DNA from: Eledone cirrhosa
Taxonomy: Eukaryota
DNA: 64,000 nt
Assembly (NCBI GenBank): GCA_964016885.1
Contig: CAXHJY010000096.1
Span: 124,001-188,000, forward strand
Direction: 5' to 3'
In this document: positions 52,301 to 64,000 of the stretch, piece by piece
Layout: each line of letters opens with the position of its first letter
How positions within the stretch are numbered: position 1 is the stretch's first letter
Position numbers and translations under genes: made by a program
Notes under the pieces: generated by a model
Told to the model about the DNA's origin: nothing
What the model saw: only the letters and a program-made list of their open reading frames with translations
The model's database searches: none

Positions 52301-55300
52301 CGTCCAAGGGGAGATAATTTCCAGCCGTCCAAGGGGAGATAATTTTTTTTAAAAAATCAGGCGGAGATAATTTGTAAAAAAAAATCAGGGGGAGATAATT
52401 CGTAAAAAAAAATCAGGGGGAGATAATTTGTAAAAGAAATCAAGGAGAGATAATTTCCAGCCGTCCAAGGGGAGATAATTTCCAGCCGTCCAAGGAGACA
52501 TATTTTCCAGCCGTCCAAGGCGAGGTAATTTCTAGCCGTCCAAGGGGAGATAAATTCCAGCCTCCAAGGGGAGATAATTTCCAGCCAGCCAAGTGGAGAT
52601 AATTTGTAAAAAAATCAGGGGGAGATAATTTGTAAAAAATATCAGGGAGATAATTTGTAAAAAAAAATCAGGGGGAGATAATTTGTAAAAAAAATCAGGG
52701 GGAGATAATTTGTAAAAAAAAATCAGGGGGAGATAATTTGTAAAAAAAATCAAGGGGTGATAATTTCCAGCCGTCCAAGGGGAGATAATTTTCAGCCGTC
52801 CAAGGGGAGATAATTTCCCGCCAGCCAAGGGAAGATAATTTCTAAAAAAATCAGGCGGAGATTGTAAAAAAAATCAGGGGGGAGATAATTTGTAAAAAAA
52901 TCAGGGGGAGATAATTTGTAAAAAATAATCAGAGGGAGATAATTTGTAAAAAAATTCAAGGGGAGATAATTTCCAGCCGTCCAAGGGAAGATAATTTCCC
53001 GCCAGCCAAGGGAAGATAATATTTAAAAAAATTAGGCGGAGATAATTTGTAAAAAAAATCAGGGGGAGATAATTTGTAAAAAAATCAGGGGGAGATAATT
53101 TGTAAAAAAAATCAGGGGGAGATAATTTGTAAAAAAAATTATGGGGAGATAATTTGTAAAAAAAAATCAGGGGTAGATAATTTGTAAAAAAAAATCAGGG
53201 GGAGATAATTTGTAAAAAAAAATCAGGGGGAGATAATTTGTAAAAAAAATCAAGGGGAGATAATATCCAGCCGTCCAATGAGAGATAATTTTTAAAAAAA
53301 ATGAGGCGGAGATAATTTGTAAAAAAAAAATCAGGGGGAGTTAATTTGTAAAAAAAAATGAGGGGGAGATAATTTGTAAAAAAAATCAAGGGGAGATAAT
53401 TTCCAGCCGTCCAAGGGGAGATAATTTTCAGCCGTCCAAGGAGAGGTAATTTCTAGCCGTCGAAGGGGAGATAATTTCCAGCCGTCCAAGGGGAGGTCAT
53501 TTCCAGCCGTCCAAGGGGAGATAATTTTTAAAAAAAAATCAGGCGGAGATAATTTGTAAAAAAAATCAAGGGGAGATAATTTGCAGCCGTCCAAGGGGAG
53601 ATAATTTTCAGTCGTCCAAGGAGAGGTAATTTCTAGCCGTCCAAGGGGAGATAATTTCCAGCCGTCCAAGGGGAGATAATTTCCAGCCGTCCAAGGGGAG
53701 ATAATTTTTTTTAAAAAATCAGGCGGTGATAATTTGTAAAAAAAATCAGGGGGAGATAATTTGTAAAAAAAATCAGGGGGAGATAATTTGTAAAAAAAAT
53801 TAGGCGTAGATAATTTGTAAAAAAAAATCAGGGGGAGATAATTTGTAAAAAAAATCAGGGGGAGATAATTTGTTTAAAAAATCAAGGGGAGATAATTTGC
53901 AGCCGTCCAAGGGGAGATAATTTTCAGCCGTCCAAGGAGACGTAATTTCTAGCCGTTCAAGGGGAGATAATTTCCAGCCGTCCAAGGGGAGATAATTTCC
54001 AGCCGTCCAAGGGGAGATAATTTTTTTTAAAAAATCAGGCGGAGATAATTTGTAAAAAAAAATCAGGGGGAGATAATTCGTAAAAAAAAATCAGGGGGAG
54101 ATAATTTGTAAAAAAAAATCAGGGGGAGATAATTTGTAAAAAAAATCAAGGGGAGATAATTTCCAGCCGTCCAAGGGGAGGTAATATCTAGCCGTCCAAG
54201 GGGAGATAATTTCCAGCCGTCCAAGGGGAGATAATTTCCAGCCGTCCAAGGGGAGATAATTTCCAGCCGTCCAAGGAGACATATTTTCCAGCCGTCCAAG
54301 GCGAGGTAATTTCTAGCCGTCCAAGGGGAGATAAATTCCAGCCTCCAAGGGGAGATAATTTCCAGCCAGCCAAGTGGAGATAATTTGTAAAAAAATCAGG
54401 GGGAGATAATTTGTAAAAAATATGAGGGAGATAATTTGTAAAAAAAAATCAGGGGGAGATAATTTGTAAAAAAAATCAGGGGGAGATAATTTGTAAAAAT
54501 AAATCAGGGGGAGATAATTTGTAAAAAAAATCAAGGGGAGATAATTTCCAGCCGTCCAAGGGGAGATAATTTTCAGCCGTCCAAGGGGAGATAATTTCCC
54601 GCCAGCCAAGGGAAGATAATATTTAAAAAAATCAGGCGGAGATAATTTGTAAAAAAAATCAGGGGGAGATAATTTGTAAAAAAATCAGGGGGAGATAATT
54701 TGTAAAAAAAAAATCAGGGGGAGATAATTTGTAAAAAAAATCAGGGGGAGATAATTTGTAAAAAAAAATCAGGGGTAGATAATTTGTAAAAAAAAATCAG
54801 GGGGAGATAATTTGTAAAAAAAAATCAGGGGGAGATAATTTGTAAAAAAAATGAAAGGGGAGATAATATCCAGCCGTCCAAGGGGAGATAATTTCCAGCC
54901 GTCCAAGGGGAGATAATTTCCAGCCGTCCAAGGGGAGATAATTTCCATCCTTCCAAGGGGATATAATTTCCAGCCGTCCAAGGGGAGATAATTTCCCGCC
55001 AGCCAAGGGAAGATAATTTTTAAAAAAATCAGGCGGAGATTGTAAAAAAAATCAGGGAGGAGATAATTTGTAAAAAAATCAGGGGGAGATAATTTGTTAA
55101 AAATAATCAGGGGGAGATAATTTGTAAAAAAATTCAAGGGGAGATAATTTCCAGCCGTCCAAGGGGAGATAATTTCCCGCCAGCCAAGGGAAGATAATAT
55201 TTAAAAAAATTAGGCGGAGATAATTTGTAAAAAAAATCAGGGGGAGATAATTTGTAAAAAAATCAGGGGGAGATAATTTGTAAAAAAAATCAGGGGGAGA

Positions 55301-58300
55301 TAATTTGTAAAAAAAATCAAGGGGAGATAATTTCCAGCCGTCCAAGGGGAGATAATTTTCAGCCGTCCAAGGGGAGATAATTTCCCGCCAGCCAAGGGAA
55401 GATAATATTTAAAAAAATCAGGCGGAGATAATTTGTAAAAAAAATCAGGGGGAGATAATTTGTAAAAAATTCAGGGGGAGATAATTTGTAAAAAAAAAAT
55501 CAGAGGGAGATAATTTGTAAAAAAAATCAGGGGGAGATAATTTGTAAAAAAAATCAGGGGGAGATAATTTGTAAAAAAAATGAAAGGGGAGATAATATCC
55601 AGCCGTCCAAGGGGAGATAATTTCCAGCCGTCCAAGGGGAGATAATTTCCAGCCGTCCAAGGGGAGATAATTTCCATCCTTCCAAGGGGATATAATTTCC
55701 AGCCGTCCAAGGGGAGATAATTTCGAGCCAAGGGGAGATAATTTCCAGCCGTCCAAGGGGAGATAATTTTTTAAAAAATCAGGTGGAGATAATTTGTAAA
55801 AAAAATCAGGGGGAGATAATTTGTAAAAACAAAATCAAGGGCAGATAATTTCCAGCTGTCCAAGGGGAGATAATTTCCAGCCGTCCAAGGGGAGATAATT
55901 TCCAGCCGTCCAAGGGGAGATAATTTCCATCCTTCCAAGGGGATATAATTTCCAGCCGTCCAAGGGGAGATAATTTCCCGCCAGCCAAGGGAAGATGAAT
56001 TTTAAAAAAATCAGGCGGAGATTGTAAAAAAAATCAGGGGAGGAGATAATTTGTAAAAAAATCAGGGGGAGATAATTTGTAAAAAAAAAATCAGGGGGAG
56101 ATAATTTGTAAAAAAAAATCAGGGGGAGATAATTTGTGAAAAAAAAATCAGGGGGAGATAATTTGTAAAAAAATTAGGCGTAGATAATTTGTAAAAAAAA
56201 ATCAGGGGGAGATAATTTGTAAAAAAAAATCAGGGGGAGATAATTTGTTTAAAAAATCAAGGGGAGATAATTTGCAGCCGTCCAAGGGGAGATAATTTTC
56301 AGCCGTCCAAGGAGAGGTAATTTCTAGCCGTTCAAGGGGAGATAATTTCCAGCCGTCCAAGGGGAAATAATTTCCAGCCGTCCAAGGGGAGATAATTTTT
56401 TTAAAAAAATCAGGCGGAGATAATTTGTAAAAAAAATCAGGGGGAGATAATTCGTAAAAAAAAATCAGGGGGAGATAATTTGTAAAAAAAAATCAGGGGG
56501 AGATAATTTGTAAAAAAAATCAAGGGGAGATAATTTCCAGCCGTCCAAGGGGAGGTAATATCTAGCCGTCCAAGGGGAGATAATTTCCAGCCGTCCAAGG
56601 GGAGATAATTTTTTTAAAAAAATCAGGCGGAGATAATTTGTAAAAAAAATCAGGGGGAGATAATTTGTAAACAAAATTAGGGGGAGATAATTTGTAAAAA
56701 AAAATCAGGGGGAGATAATTTGTAAAAAAAATTAGGCGTAGATAATTTGTAAAAAAAAATCAGGGGAGATAATTTGTAAAAAAAAATCAGGGGGAGATAA
56801 TTTGTTTAAAAAATCAAGGGGAGATAATTTGCAGCCGTCCAAGGGGAGATAATTTTCAGCCGTCCAAGGAGAGGTAATTTCTAGCCGTTCAAGAGGAGAT
56901 AATTTCCAGCCGTCCAAGGGGAGATAATTTCCAGCCTTCCAAGGGGAGATAATTTTTTTTAAATAATCAGGCGGAGATAATTTGTAAAAAAAAATCAGGG
57001 GGAGACAATTCGTAAAAAAAAATCAGGGGGAGATAATTTGTAAAAAAAATCAAGGAGAGATAATTTCCAGCCGTCCAAGGGGAGATAATTTCCAGCCGTC
57101 CAAGGAGACATATTTTCCAGCCGTCCAAGGCGAGGTAATTTCTAGCCGTCCAAGGGGAGATAAATTCCAGCCTCCAAGGGGAGATAATTTCCAGCCAGCC
57201 AAGTGGAGATAATTTGTAAAAAAATCAGGGGGAGATAATTTGTAAAAAATATCAGGGAGATAATTTGTAAAAAAAAATCAGGGGGAGATAATTTGTAAAA
57301 AAAATCAGAGGGAGATAATTTGTAAAAAAAAATCAGGGGGAGATAATTTGTAAAAAAAATCAAGGGGAGATAATTTCCAGCCGTCCAAGGGGAGATAATT
57401 TTCAGCCGTCCAAGGGGAGATAATTTCCCGCCAGCCAAGGGAAGATAATATTTAAAAAAATTAGGCGGAGATAATTTGTAAAAAAATCAGGGGGAGATAA
57501 TTTGTAAAAAAATCAGGGGGAGATAATTTGTAAAAAAAATCAGGGGGAGATAATTTGTAAAAAAAATCATGGGGAGATAATTTGTAAAAAAAAATCAGGG
57601 GTAGATAATTTGTAAAAAAGATCAAGGGGAGATAATTTCAGCCGTCCAAGGAGAGATAATTTAAAAAAAAATCAGGCGGAGATAATTTGTAAAAAAAAAT
57701 CAGGGGGAGATAATTTGTAAAAAATAATCAGGGGGAGATAATTTCCAGCCGTCCAAGGGGAGATAATTTTCAGCCGTCCAAGGGGAGATAATTTCCCGCC
57801 AGCCAAGGGAAGATAATATTTAAAAAAATTAGGCGGAGATAATTTGTAAAAAAAATCAGGGGGAGATAATTTGTAAAAAAAATCAGGGGGAGATAATTTG
57901 TAAAAAAAATCAGGGGTAGATAATTTGTAAAAAAAAATCAGGGGGAGATAATTTGTAAAAAAAAATCAGGGGGAGATAATTTGTAAAAAAAATCAAGGGG
58001 AGATAATTTCCAGCCGTCCAAGGAGAGATAATTTTAAAAAAAATCAGGCGGAGATAATTTGTAAAAAAAAATCAGGGGGAGATAATTTGTAAAAAAAAAT
58101 CAGGGGGAGATAATTTGTAAAAAAAATCAAGGGGAGATAATTTCCAGCCGTCCAAGGGGAGATAATTTTCAGCCGTCCAAGGGGAGATAATTTCCCGCCA
58201 GCCAAGGGAAGATAATATTTAAAAAAATCAGGCGGAGATAATTTATAAAAAAAATCAGGGGGAGATAATTTGTAAAAAAAATCAAGGGGTGATAATTTCC

Positions 58301-61300
58301 AGCCGTCCAAGGGGAGATAATTTTCAGCCGTCCAAGGGGAGATAATTTCCCGCCAGCCAAGGGAAGATAATTTCTAAAAAAATCAGGCGGAGATTGTAAA
58401 AAAAATCAGGGGGGAGATAATTTGTAAAAAAATCAGGGGGAGATAATTTGTAAAAAATAATCAGAGGGAGATAATTTGTAAAAAAATTCAAGGGGAGATA
58501 ATTTCCAGCCGTCCAAGGGAAGAAAATTTCCCGCCAGCCAAGGGAAGATAATATTTAAAAAAATTAGGCGGAGATAATTTGTAAAAAAAATCAGGGGGAG
58601 ATAATTTGTAAAAAAATCAGGGGGAGATAATTTGTAAAAAAAATCAGGGGGAGATAATTTGTAAAAAAAATTATGGGGAGATAATTTGTAAAAAAAAATC
58701 AGGGGTAGATAATTTGTAAAAAAAAATCAGGGGGAGATAATTTGTAAAAAAAAATCAGGGGGAGATAATTTGTAAAAAAAATCAAGGGGAGATAATATCC
58801 AGCCGTCCAAGGAGAGATAATTTTTAAAAAAAATGAGGCGGAGATAATTTGTAAAAAAAAAATCAGGGGGAGTTAATTTGTAAAAAAAAATGAGGGGGAG
58901 ATAATTTGTAAAAAAAATCAAGGGGAGATAATTTCCAGCCGTCCAAGGGGAGATAATTTTCAGCCGTCCAAGGAGAGGTAATTTCTAGCCGTCGAAGGGG
59001 AGATAATTTCCAGCCGTCCAAGGGGAGGTCATTTCCAGCCGTCCAAGGGGAGATAATTTTTAAAAAAAAATCAGGCGGAGATAATTTGTAAAAAAAATCA
59101 AGGGGAGATAATTTGCAGCCGTCCAAGGGGAGATAATTTTCAGTCGTCCAAGGAGAGGTAATTTCTAGCCGTCCAAGGGGAGATAATTTCCAGCCGTCCA
59201 AGGGGAGATAATTTCCAGCCGTCCAAGGGGAGATAATTTTTTTTAAAAAATCAGGCGGAGATAATTTGTAAAAAAAATCAGGGGGAGATAATTTGTAAAA
59301 AAAAATCAGGGGGAGATAATTTGTAAAAAAAATTAGGCGTAGATAATTTGTAAAAAAAAATCAGGGGGAGATAATTTGTAAAAAAAATCAGGGGGAGATA
59401 ATTTGTTTAAAAAATCAAGGGGAGATAATTTTCAGCCGTCCAAGGGGAGATAATTTTCAGCCGTCCAAGGAGACGTAATTTCTAGCCGTTCAAGGGGAGA
59501 TAATTTCCAGCCGTCCAAGGGGAGATAATTTCCAGCCGTCCAAGGGGAGATAATTTTTTTTAAAAAATCAGGCGGAGATAATTTGTAAAAAAAAATCAGG
59601 GGGAGATAATTCGTAAAAAAAAATCAGGGGGAGATAATTTGTAAAAAAAAATCAGGGGGAGATAATTTGTAAAAAAAATCAAGGGGAGATAATTTCCAGC
59701 CGTCCAAGGGGAGGTAATATCTAGCCGTCCAAGGGGAGATAATTTCCAGCCGTCCAAGGGGAGATAATTTCCAGCCGTCCAAGGGGAGATAATTTCCAGC
59801 CGTCCAAGGAGACATATTTTCCAGCCGTCCAAGGCGAGGTAATTTCTAGCCGTCCAAGGGGAGATAAATTCCAGCCTCCAAGGGGAGATAATTTCCAGCC
59901 AGCCAAGTGGAGATAATTTGTAAAAAAATCAGGGGGAGATAATTTGTAAAAAATATGAGGGAGATAATTTGTAAAAAAAAATCAGGGGGAGATAATTTGT
60001 AAAAAATAATCAGGGGGAGATAATTTCCAGCCGTCCAAGGGGAGATAATTTTCAGCCGTCCAAGGGGAGATAATTTCCCGCCAGCCAAGGGAAGATAATA
60101 TTTAAAAAAATTAGGCGGAGATAATTTGTAAAAAAAATCAGGGGGAGATAATTTGTAAAAAAAATCAGGGGGAGATAATTTGTAAAAAAAATCAGGGGTA
60201 GATAATTTGTAAAAAAAAATCAGGGGGAGATAATTTGTAAAAAAAAATCAGGGGGAGATAATTTGTAAAAAAAATCAAGGGGAGATAATTTCCAGCCGTC
60301 CAAGGAGAGATAATTTTAAAAAAAATCAGGCGGAGATAATTTGTAAAAAAAAATCAGGGGGAGATAATTTGTAAAAAAAAATCAGGGGGAGATAATTTGT
60401 AAAAAAAATCAAGGGGAGATAATTTCCAGCCGTCCAAGGGGAGATAATTTTCAGCCGTCCAAGGGGAGATAATTTCCCGCCAGCCAAGGGAAGATAATAT
60501 TTAAAAAAATCAGGCGGAGATAATTTATAAAAAAAATCAGGGGGAGATAATTTGTAAAAAAATCAGGGGGAGATAATTTGTAAAAAAAAAATCAGGGGGA
60601 GATAATTTGTAAAAAAAATCAGAGGGAGATAATTTGTAAAAAAAAATCAGGGGTAGATAATTTGTAAAAAAAAATCAGGGGGAGATAATTTGTAAAAAAA
60701 AATCAGGGGGAGATAATTTGTAAAAAATAATCAGGGGGAGATAATTTGTAAAAAAAATCAAGGGGAGATAATTTCCAGCCGTCCAAGGGGAGATAATTTT
60801 CAGCCGTCCAAGGGGAGATAATTTCCCGCCAGCCAAGGGAAGATAATATTTAAAAAAATTAGGCGGAGATAATTTGTAAAAAAAATCAGGGGGAGATAAT
60901 TTGTAAAAAAATCAGGGGGAGATAATTTGTAAAAAAAATCAGGGGGAGATAATTTGTAAAAAAAATCAGGGGGGAGATAATTTGTAAAAAAAAATCAGGG
61001 GTAGATAATTTGTAAAAAAAAATCAGGGGGAGATAATTTGTAAAAAAAATCAAGGGGAGATAATTTCCAGCCGTCGAAGGGAAGATAATTTCCAGCCCTC
61101 CAAGGGGCTATAATTTCCAGCGTCCAAGGGGAGATAATTTCCAGCCAGCGAAGGGGAGATAATTTTTTTTAAAAAATCATTGGGAGATTTGTAAAAAAAT
61201 CAGGGGGAGATAATTTGTAAAAAAAATCAAGGAGAGATAATTTCCAGCCGTCCAAGGGGAGGTAATATCTAGCCGTCCAAGGGGAGATAATTTCCAGCCG

Positions 61301-63240
61301 TCCAAGGGGAGATAATTTCCAGCCGTCCAAGGGTAGATAATATCCAGCCGTCCAAGGACATATTTTCCAGCCGTCCAAGGAAAGGTAATTTCTAGCCGTC
61401 CAAGGGGAGATAAATTCCAGCCTCCAAGGGGAGATAATTTCCAGCCAGCCAAGGGGAGATAATTTGTAAAAAAATCAGGGGGAGATAATTTGTAAAAAAA
61501 AATCAAGGGGAGATAATTTGTAAAAAAAAATCAGGGGGAGATAATTTGTAAAAAAAAATCAGGGGGAGATAATTTGTAAAAAAAATCAGGGGGAGATAAT
61601 TTGTAAAAAAAATCAGGGGTAGATAATTTGTAAAAAAAAATCAGGGGGAGATAATTTGTAAAAAAAAATCAGGGGGAGATAATTTGTAAAAAAAATCAAG
61701 GGGAGATAATTTCCAGCCGTCCAAGGAGAGATAATTTAAAAAAAAATCAGGCGGAGATAATTTGTAAAAAAAAATCAGGGGGAGATAATTTGTAAAAAAA
61801 AATCAGGGGGAGATAATTTGTAAAAAAAATCAGGCGGAGATAATTTATAAAAAAAATCAGGGGGAGATAATTTGTAAAAAAATCAGGGGGAGATAATTTG
61901 TAAAAAAAAAATCAGGGGGAGATAATTTGTAAAAAAAATCAGAGGGAGATAATTTGTAAAAAAAAATCAGGGGTAGATAATTTGTAAAAAAAAATCAGGG
62001 GGAGATAATTTGTAAAAAAAAATCAGGGGGAGATAATTTGTAAAAAATAATCAGGGGGAGATAATTTGTAAAAAAAATCAAGGGGAGATAATTTCCAGCC
62101 GTCCAAGGGGAGATAATTTTCAGCCGTCCAAGGGGAGATAATTTCCCGCCAGCCAAGGGAAGATAATATTTAAAAAAATTAGGCGGAGATAATTTGTAAA
62201 AAAAATCAGGGGGAGATAATTTGTAAAAAAATCAGGGGGAGATAATTTGTAAAAAAAATCAGGGGGAGATAATTTGTAAAAAAAATCAGGGGGGAGATAA
62301 TTTGTAAAAAAAAATCAGGGGTAGATAATTTGTAAAAAAAAATCAGGGGGAGATAATTTGTAAAAAAAATCAAGGGGAGATAATTTCCAGCCGTCGAAGG
62401 GAAGATAATTTCCAGCCCTCCAAGGGGCTATAATTTCCAGCGTCCAAGGGGAGATAATTTCCAGCCAGCGAAGGGGAGATAATTTTTTTTAAAAAATCAT
62501 TGGGAGATTTGTAAAAAAATCAGGGGGAGATAATTTGTAAAAAAAATCAAGGAGAGATAATTTCCAGCCGTCCAAGGGGAGGTAATATCTAGCCGTCCAA
62601 GGGGAGATAATTTCCAGCCGTCCAAGGGGAGATAATTTCCAGCCGTCCAAGGGTAGATAATATCCAGCCGTCCAAGGACATATTTTCCAGCCGTCCAAGG
62701 AAAGGTAATTTCTAGCCGTCCAAGGGGAGATAAATTCCAGCCTCCAAGGGGAGATAATTTCCAGCCAGCCAAGGGGAGATAATTTGTAAAAAAATCAGGG
62801 GGAGATAATTTGTAAAAAAAAATCAGGGGGAGATAATTTGTAAAAAAAAATCAGGGGGAGATAATTTGTAAAAAAAAATCAGGGGGAGATAATTTGTAAA
62901 AAAAATCAGGGGGAGATAATTTGTAAAAAAAATCAGGGGTAGATAATTTGTAAAAAAAAATCAGGGGGAGATAATTTGTAAAAAAAAATCAGGGGGAGAT
63001 AATTTGTAAAAAAAATCAAGGGGAGATAATTTCCAGCCGTCCAAGGAGAGATAATTTAAAAAAAAATCAGGCGGAGATAATTTGTAAAAAAAAATCAGGG
63101 GGAGATAATTTGTAAAAAAAAATCAGGGGGAGATAATTTGTAAAATAAATCAAGGGGAGATAATTTCCAGCCGTCCAAGGGGAGATAATTTTCAGCCGTC
63201 CAAGGGGAGATAATTTCCCGCCAGCCAAGGGAAGATAATA
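43400..63240 (+). repeat. About 20-kb macro-duplication of about 5.7-33.8 kb (offsets about 37.7, 32.6 and 29.4 kb)
   Basis: ORF pairs 6612/44309, 8370/46041, 9836/47507 (both carry the private CCAGCCATCC), 11329/49000, 14834/52532, 17072/54769 and 20347/58044. These are followed by 26113/58727 and 27232/59846, then by 31750/61169 and 33069/62489. Confidence 0.85.
60520..63130 (+). repeat. About 1,320-bp tandem sub-repeat, copy set 3
   Basis: ORFs 61169/62489. The lines at 60541-61440 and 61861-62760 read identically. Confidence 0.87.
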
Positions 63241-64000
63241 TTTAATTTTTTTTAAAAAATCAGGCGGAGATAATTTGTAAAAAAAAATCAGGGGGAGATA
63301 ATTCGTAAAAAAAAATCAGGGGGAGATAATTTGTAAAAAAAAATCAGGGGGAGATAATTTGTAAAAAAAATCAAGGGGAGATAATTTCCAGCCGTCCAAG
63401 GGGAGGTAATATCTAGCCGTCCAAGGGGAGATAATTTCCAGCCGTCCAAGGGGAGATAATTTCCAGCCGTCCAAGGGGAGATAATTTCCAGCCGTCCAAG
63501 GAGACATATTTTCCAGCCGTCCAAGGCGAGGTAATTTCTAGCCGTCCAAGGGGAGATAAATTCCAGCCTCCAAGGGGAGATAATTTCCAGCCAGCCAAGT
63601 GGAGATAATTTGTAAAAAAATCAGGGGGAGATAATTTGTAAAAAATATGAGGGAGATAATTTGTAAAAAAAAATCAGGGGGAGATAATTTGTAAAAAAAA
63701 TCAGGGGGAGATAATTTGTAAAAAAAAATCAGGGGGAGATAATTTGTAAAAAAAATCAAGGGGAGATAATTTCCAGCCGTCCAAGGGGAGATAATTTTCA
63801 GCCGTCCAAGGGGAGATAATTTCCCGCCAGCCAAGGGAAGATAATATTTAAAAAAATCAGGCGGAGATAATTTGTAAAAAAAATCAGGGGGAGATAATTT
63901 GTAAAAAAATCAGGGGGAGATAATTTGTAAAAAAAAAATCAGGGGGAGATAATTTGTAAAAAAAATCAGGGGGAGATAATTTGTAAAAAAAAATCAGGGG

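Larger units (their letters stand above)
1..64000 (+). repeat. Complex two-monomer satellite array (25-bp type A and 26-29-bp type B sharing the core GGGGAGATAATTT), single orientation, open at both window edges
   Basis: Every stretch read parses into GGGGAGATAATTTCCAGCCGTCCAA, GGGGGAGATAATTTGT(A)nTCA or point/indel variants of these. No unique sequence and no inverted block were seen. The ORF track contains only minus-strand repeat peptides (DGWKLSPLGRLEIISPWTAGNYLPL from A; DFFYKLSPP / IFFTNYLPL from B). Confidence 0.98.

Noticed and set aside
67-63834. Numerous minus-strand ORFs (60-152 aa) encoding repetitive peptides
   Set aside because: The reverse complement of monomer A has no stop codon in any frame, and monomer B has a single TGA, so ORFs arise by default. 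Most starts are TTG (LDGWK shown as MDGWK). Overlapping frames are equally open, and A-tract length changes shift the frame freely, so there is no sign of coding constraint.
1-64000. CRISPR-like array (constant core plus variable spacer)
   Set aside because: The variable parts are only two recurring tails of 12-15 bp, not unique spacers of 25-45 bp. The core is only 13 bp, and there is no leader or cas gene.
1-64000. Telomeric repeat tract (G-rich strand, 25-bp unit as in some yeasts)
   Set aside because: Two interleaved unit types with kb-scale HORs over at least 64 kb indicate recombinational amplification rather than templated telomerase addition. There is no match to a telomere repeat I recognise. 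A subtelomeric location is not excluded.
1-64000. GGAG/GGGGAG as Shine-Dalgarno sites, or iteron-like bacterial repeats
   Set aside because: No start codon or ORF follows. The + strand has TAA stops in every monomer, and there is no rep gene or other prokaryotic context.
1-64000. Transposon insertions or strand inversions within the array
   Set aside because: None seen. The orientation is uniform and no non-satellite sequence was found on reading, although a very short insertion could have been missed by eye.

Overview
The whole 64 kb window is one head-to-tail, single-orientation tandem array, most likely eukaryotic satellite DNA. I found no credible gene, RNA gene, transposon or CRISPR array. 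It is built from two related short monomers that share the core GGGGAGATAATTT. Type A is GGGGAGATAATTTCCAGCCGTCCAA (25 bp, GC-rich tail). Type B is GGGGGAGATAATTTGT(A)7-10TCA (26-29 bp, A-tract tail). At about 26 bp per unit the window holds roughly 2,400 units. A and B occur in alternating short runs of about 1-9 units, joined by stereotyped transition monomers. Rare monomer variants and A-tract lengths act as barcodes that reveal nested higher-order repeats (HORs) with offsets of about 262 bp, 1.32 kb, 5.08/5.53 kb, 6.78 kb, 10.2 kb, 11.26 kb and 37.7 kb. They also reveal several in-register deletion junctions and one out-of-register junction. All ORFs in the track are artefacts of a minus strand that is poor in stop codons. 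The organism and any function cannot be determined from the sequence alone. Offsets come from the ORF-track coordinates plus manual spot checks, and block boundaries are approximate.
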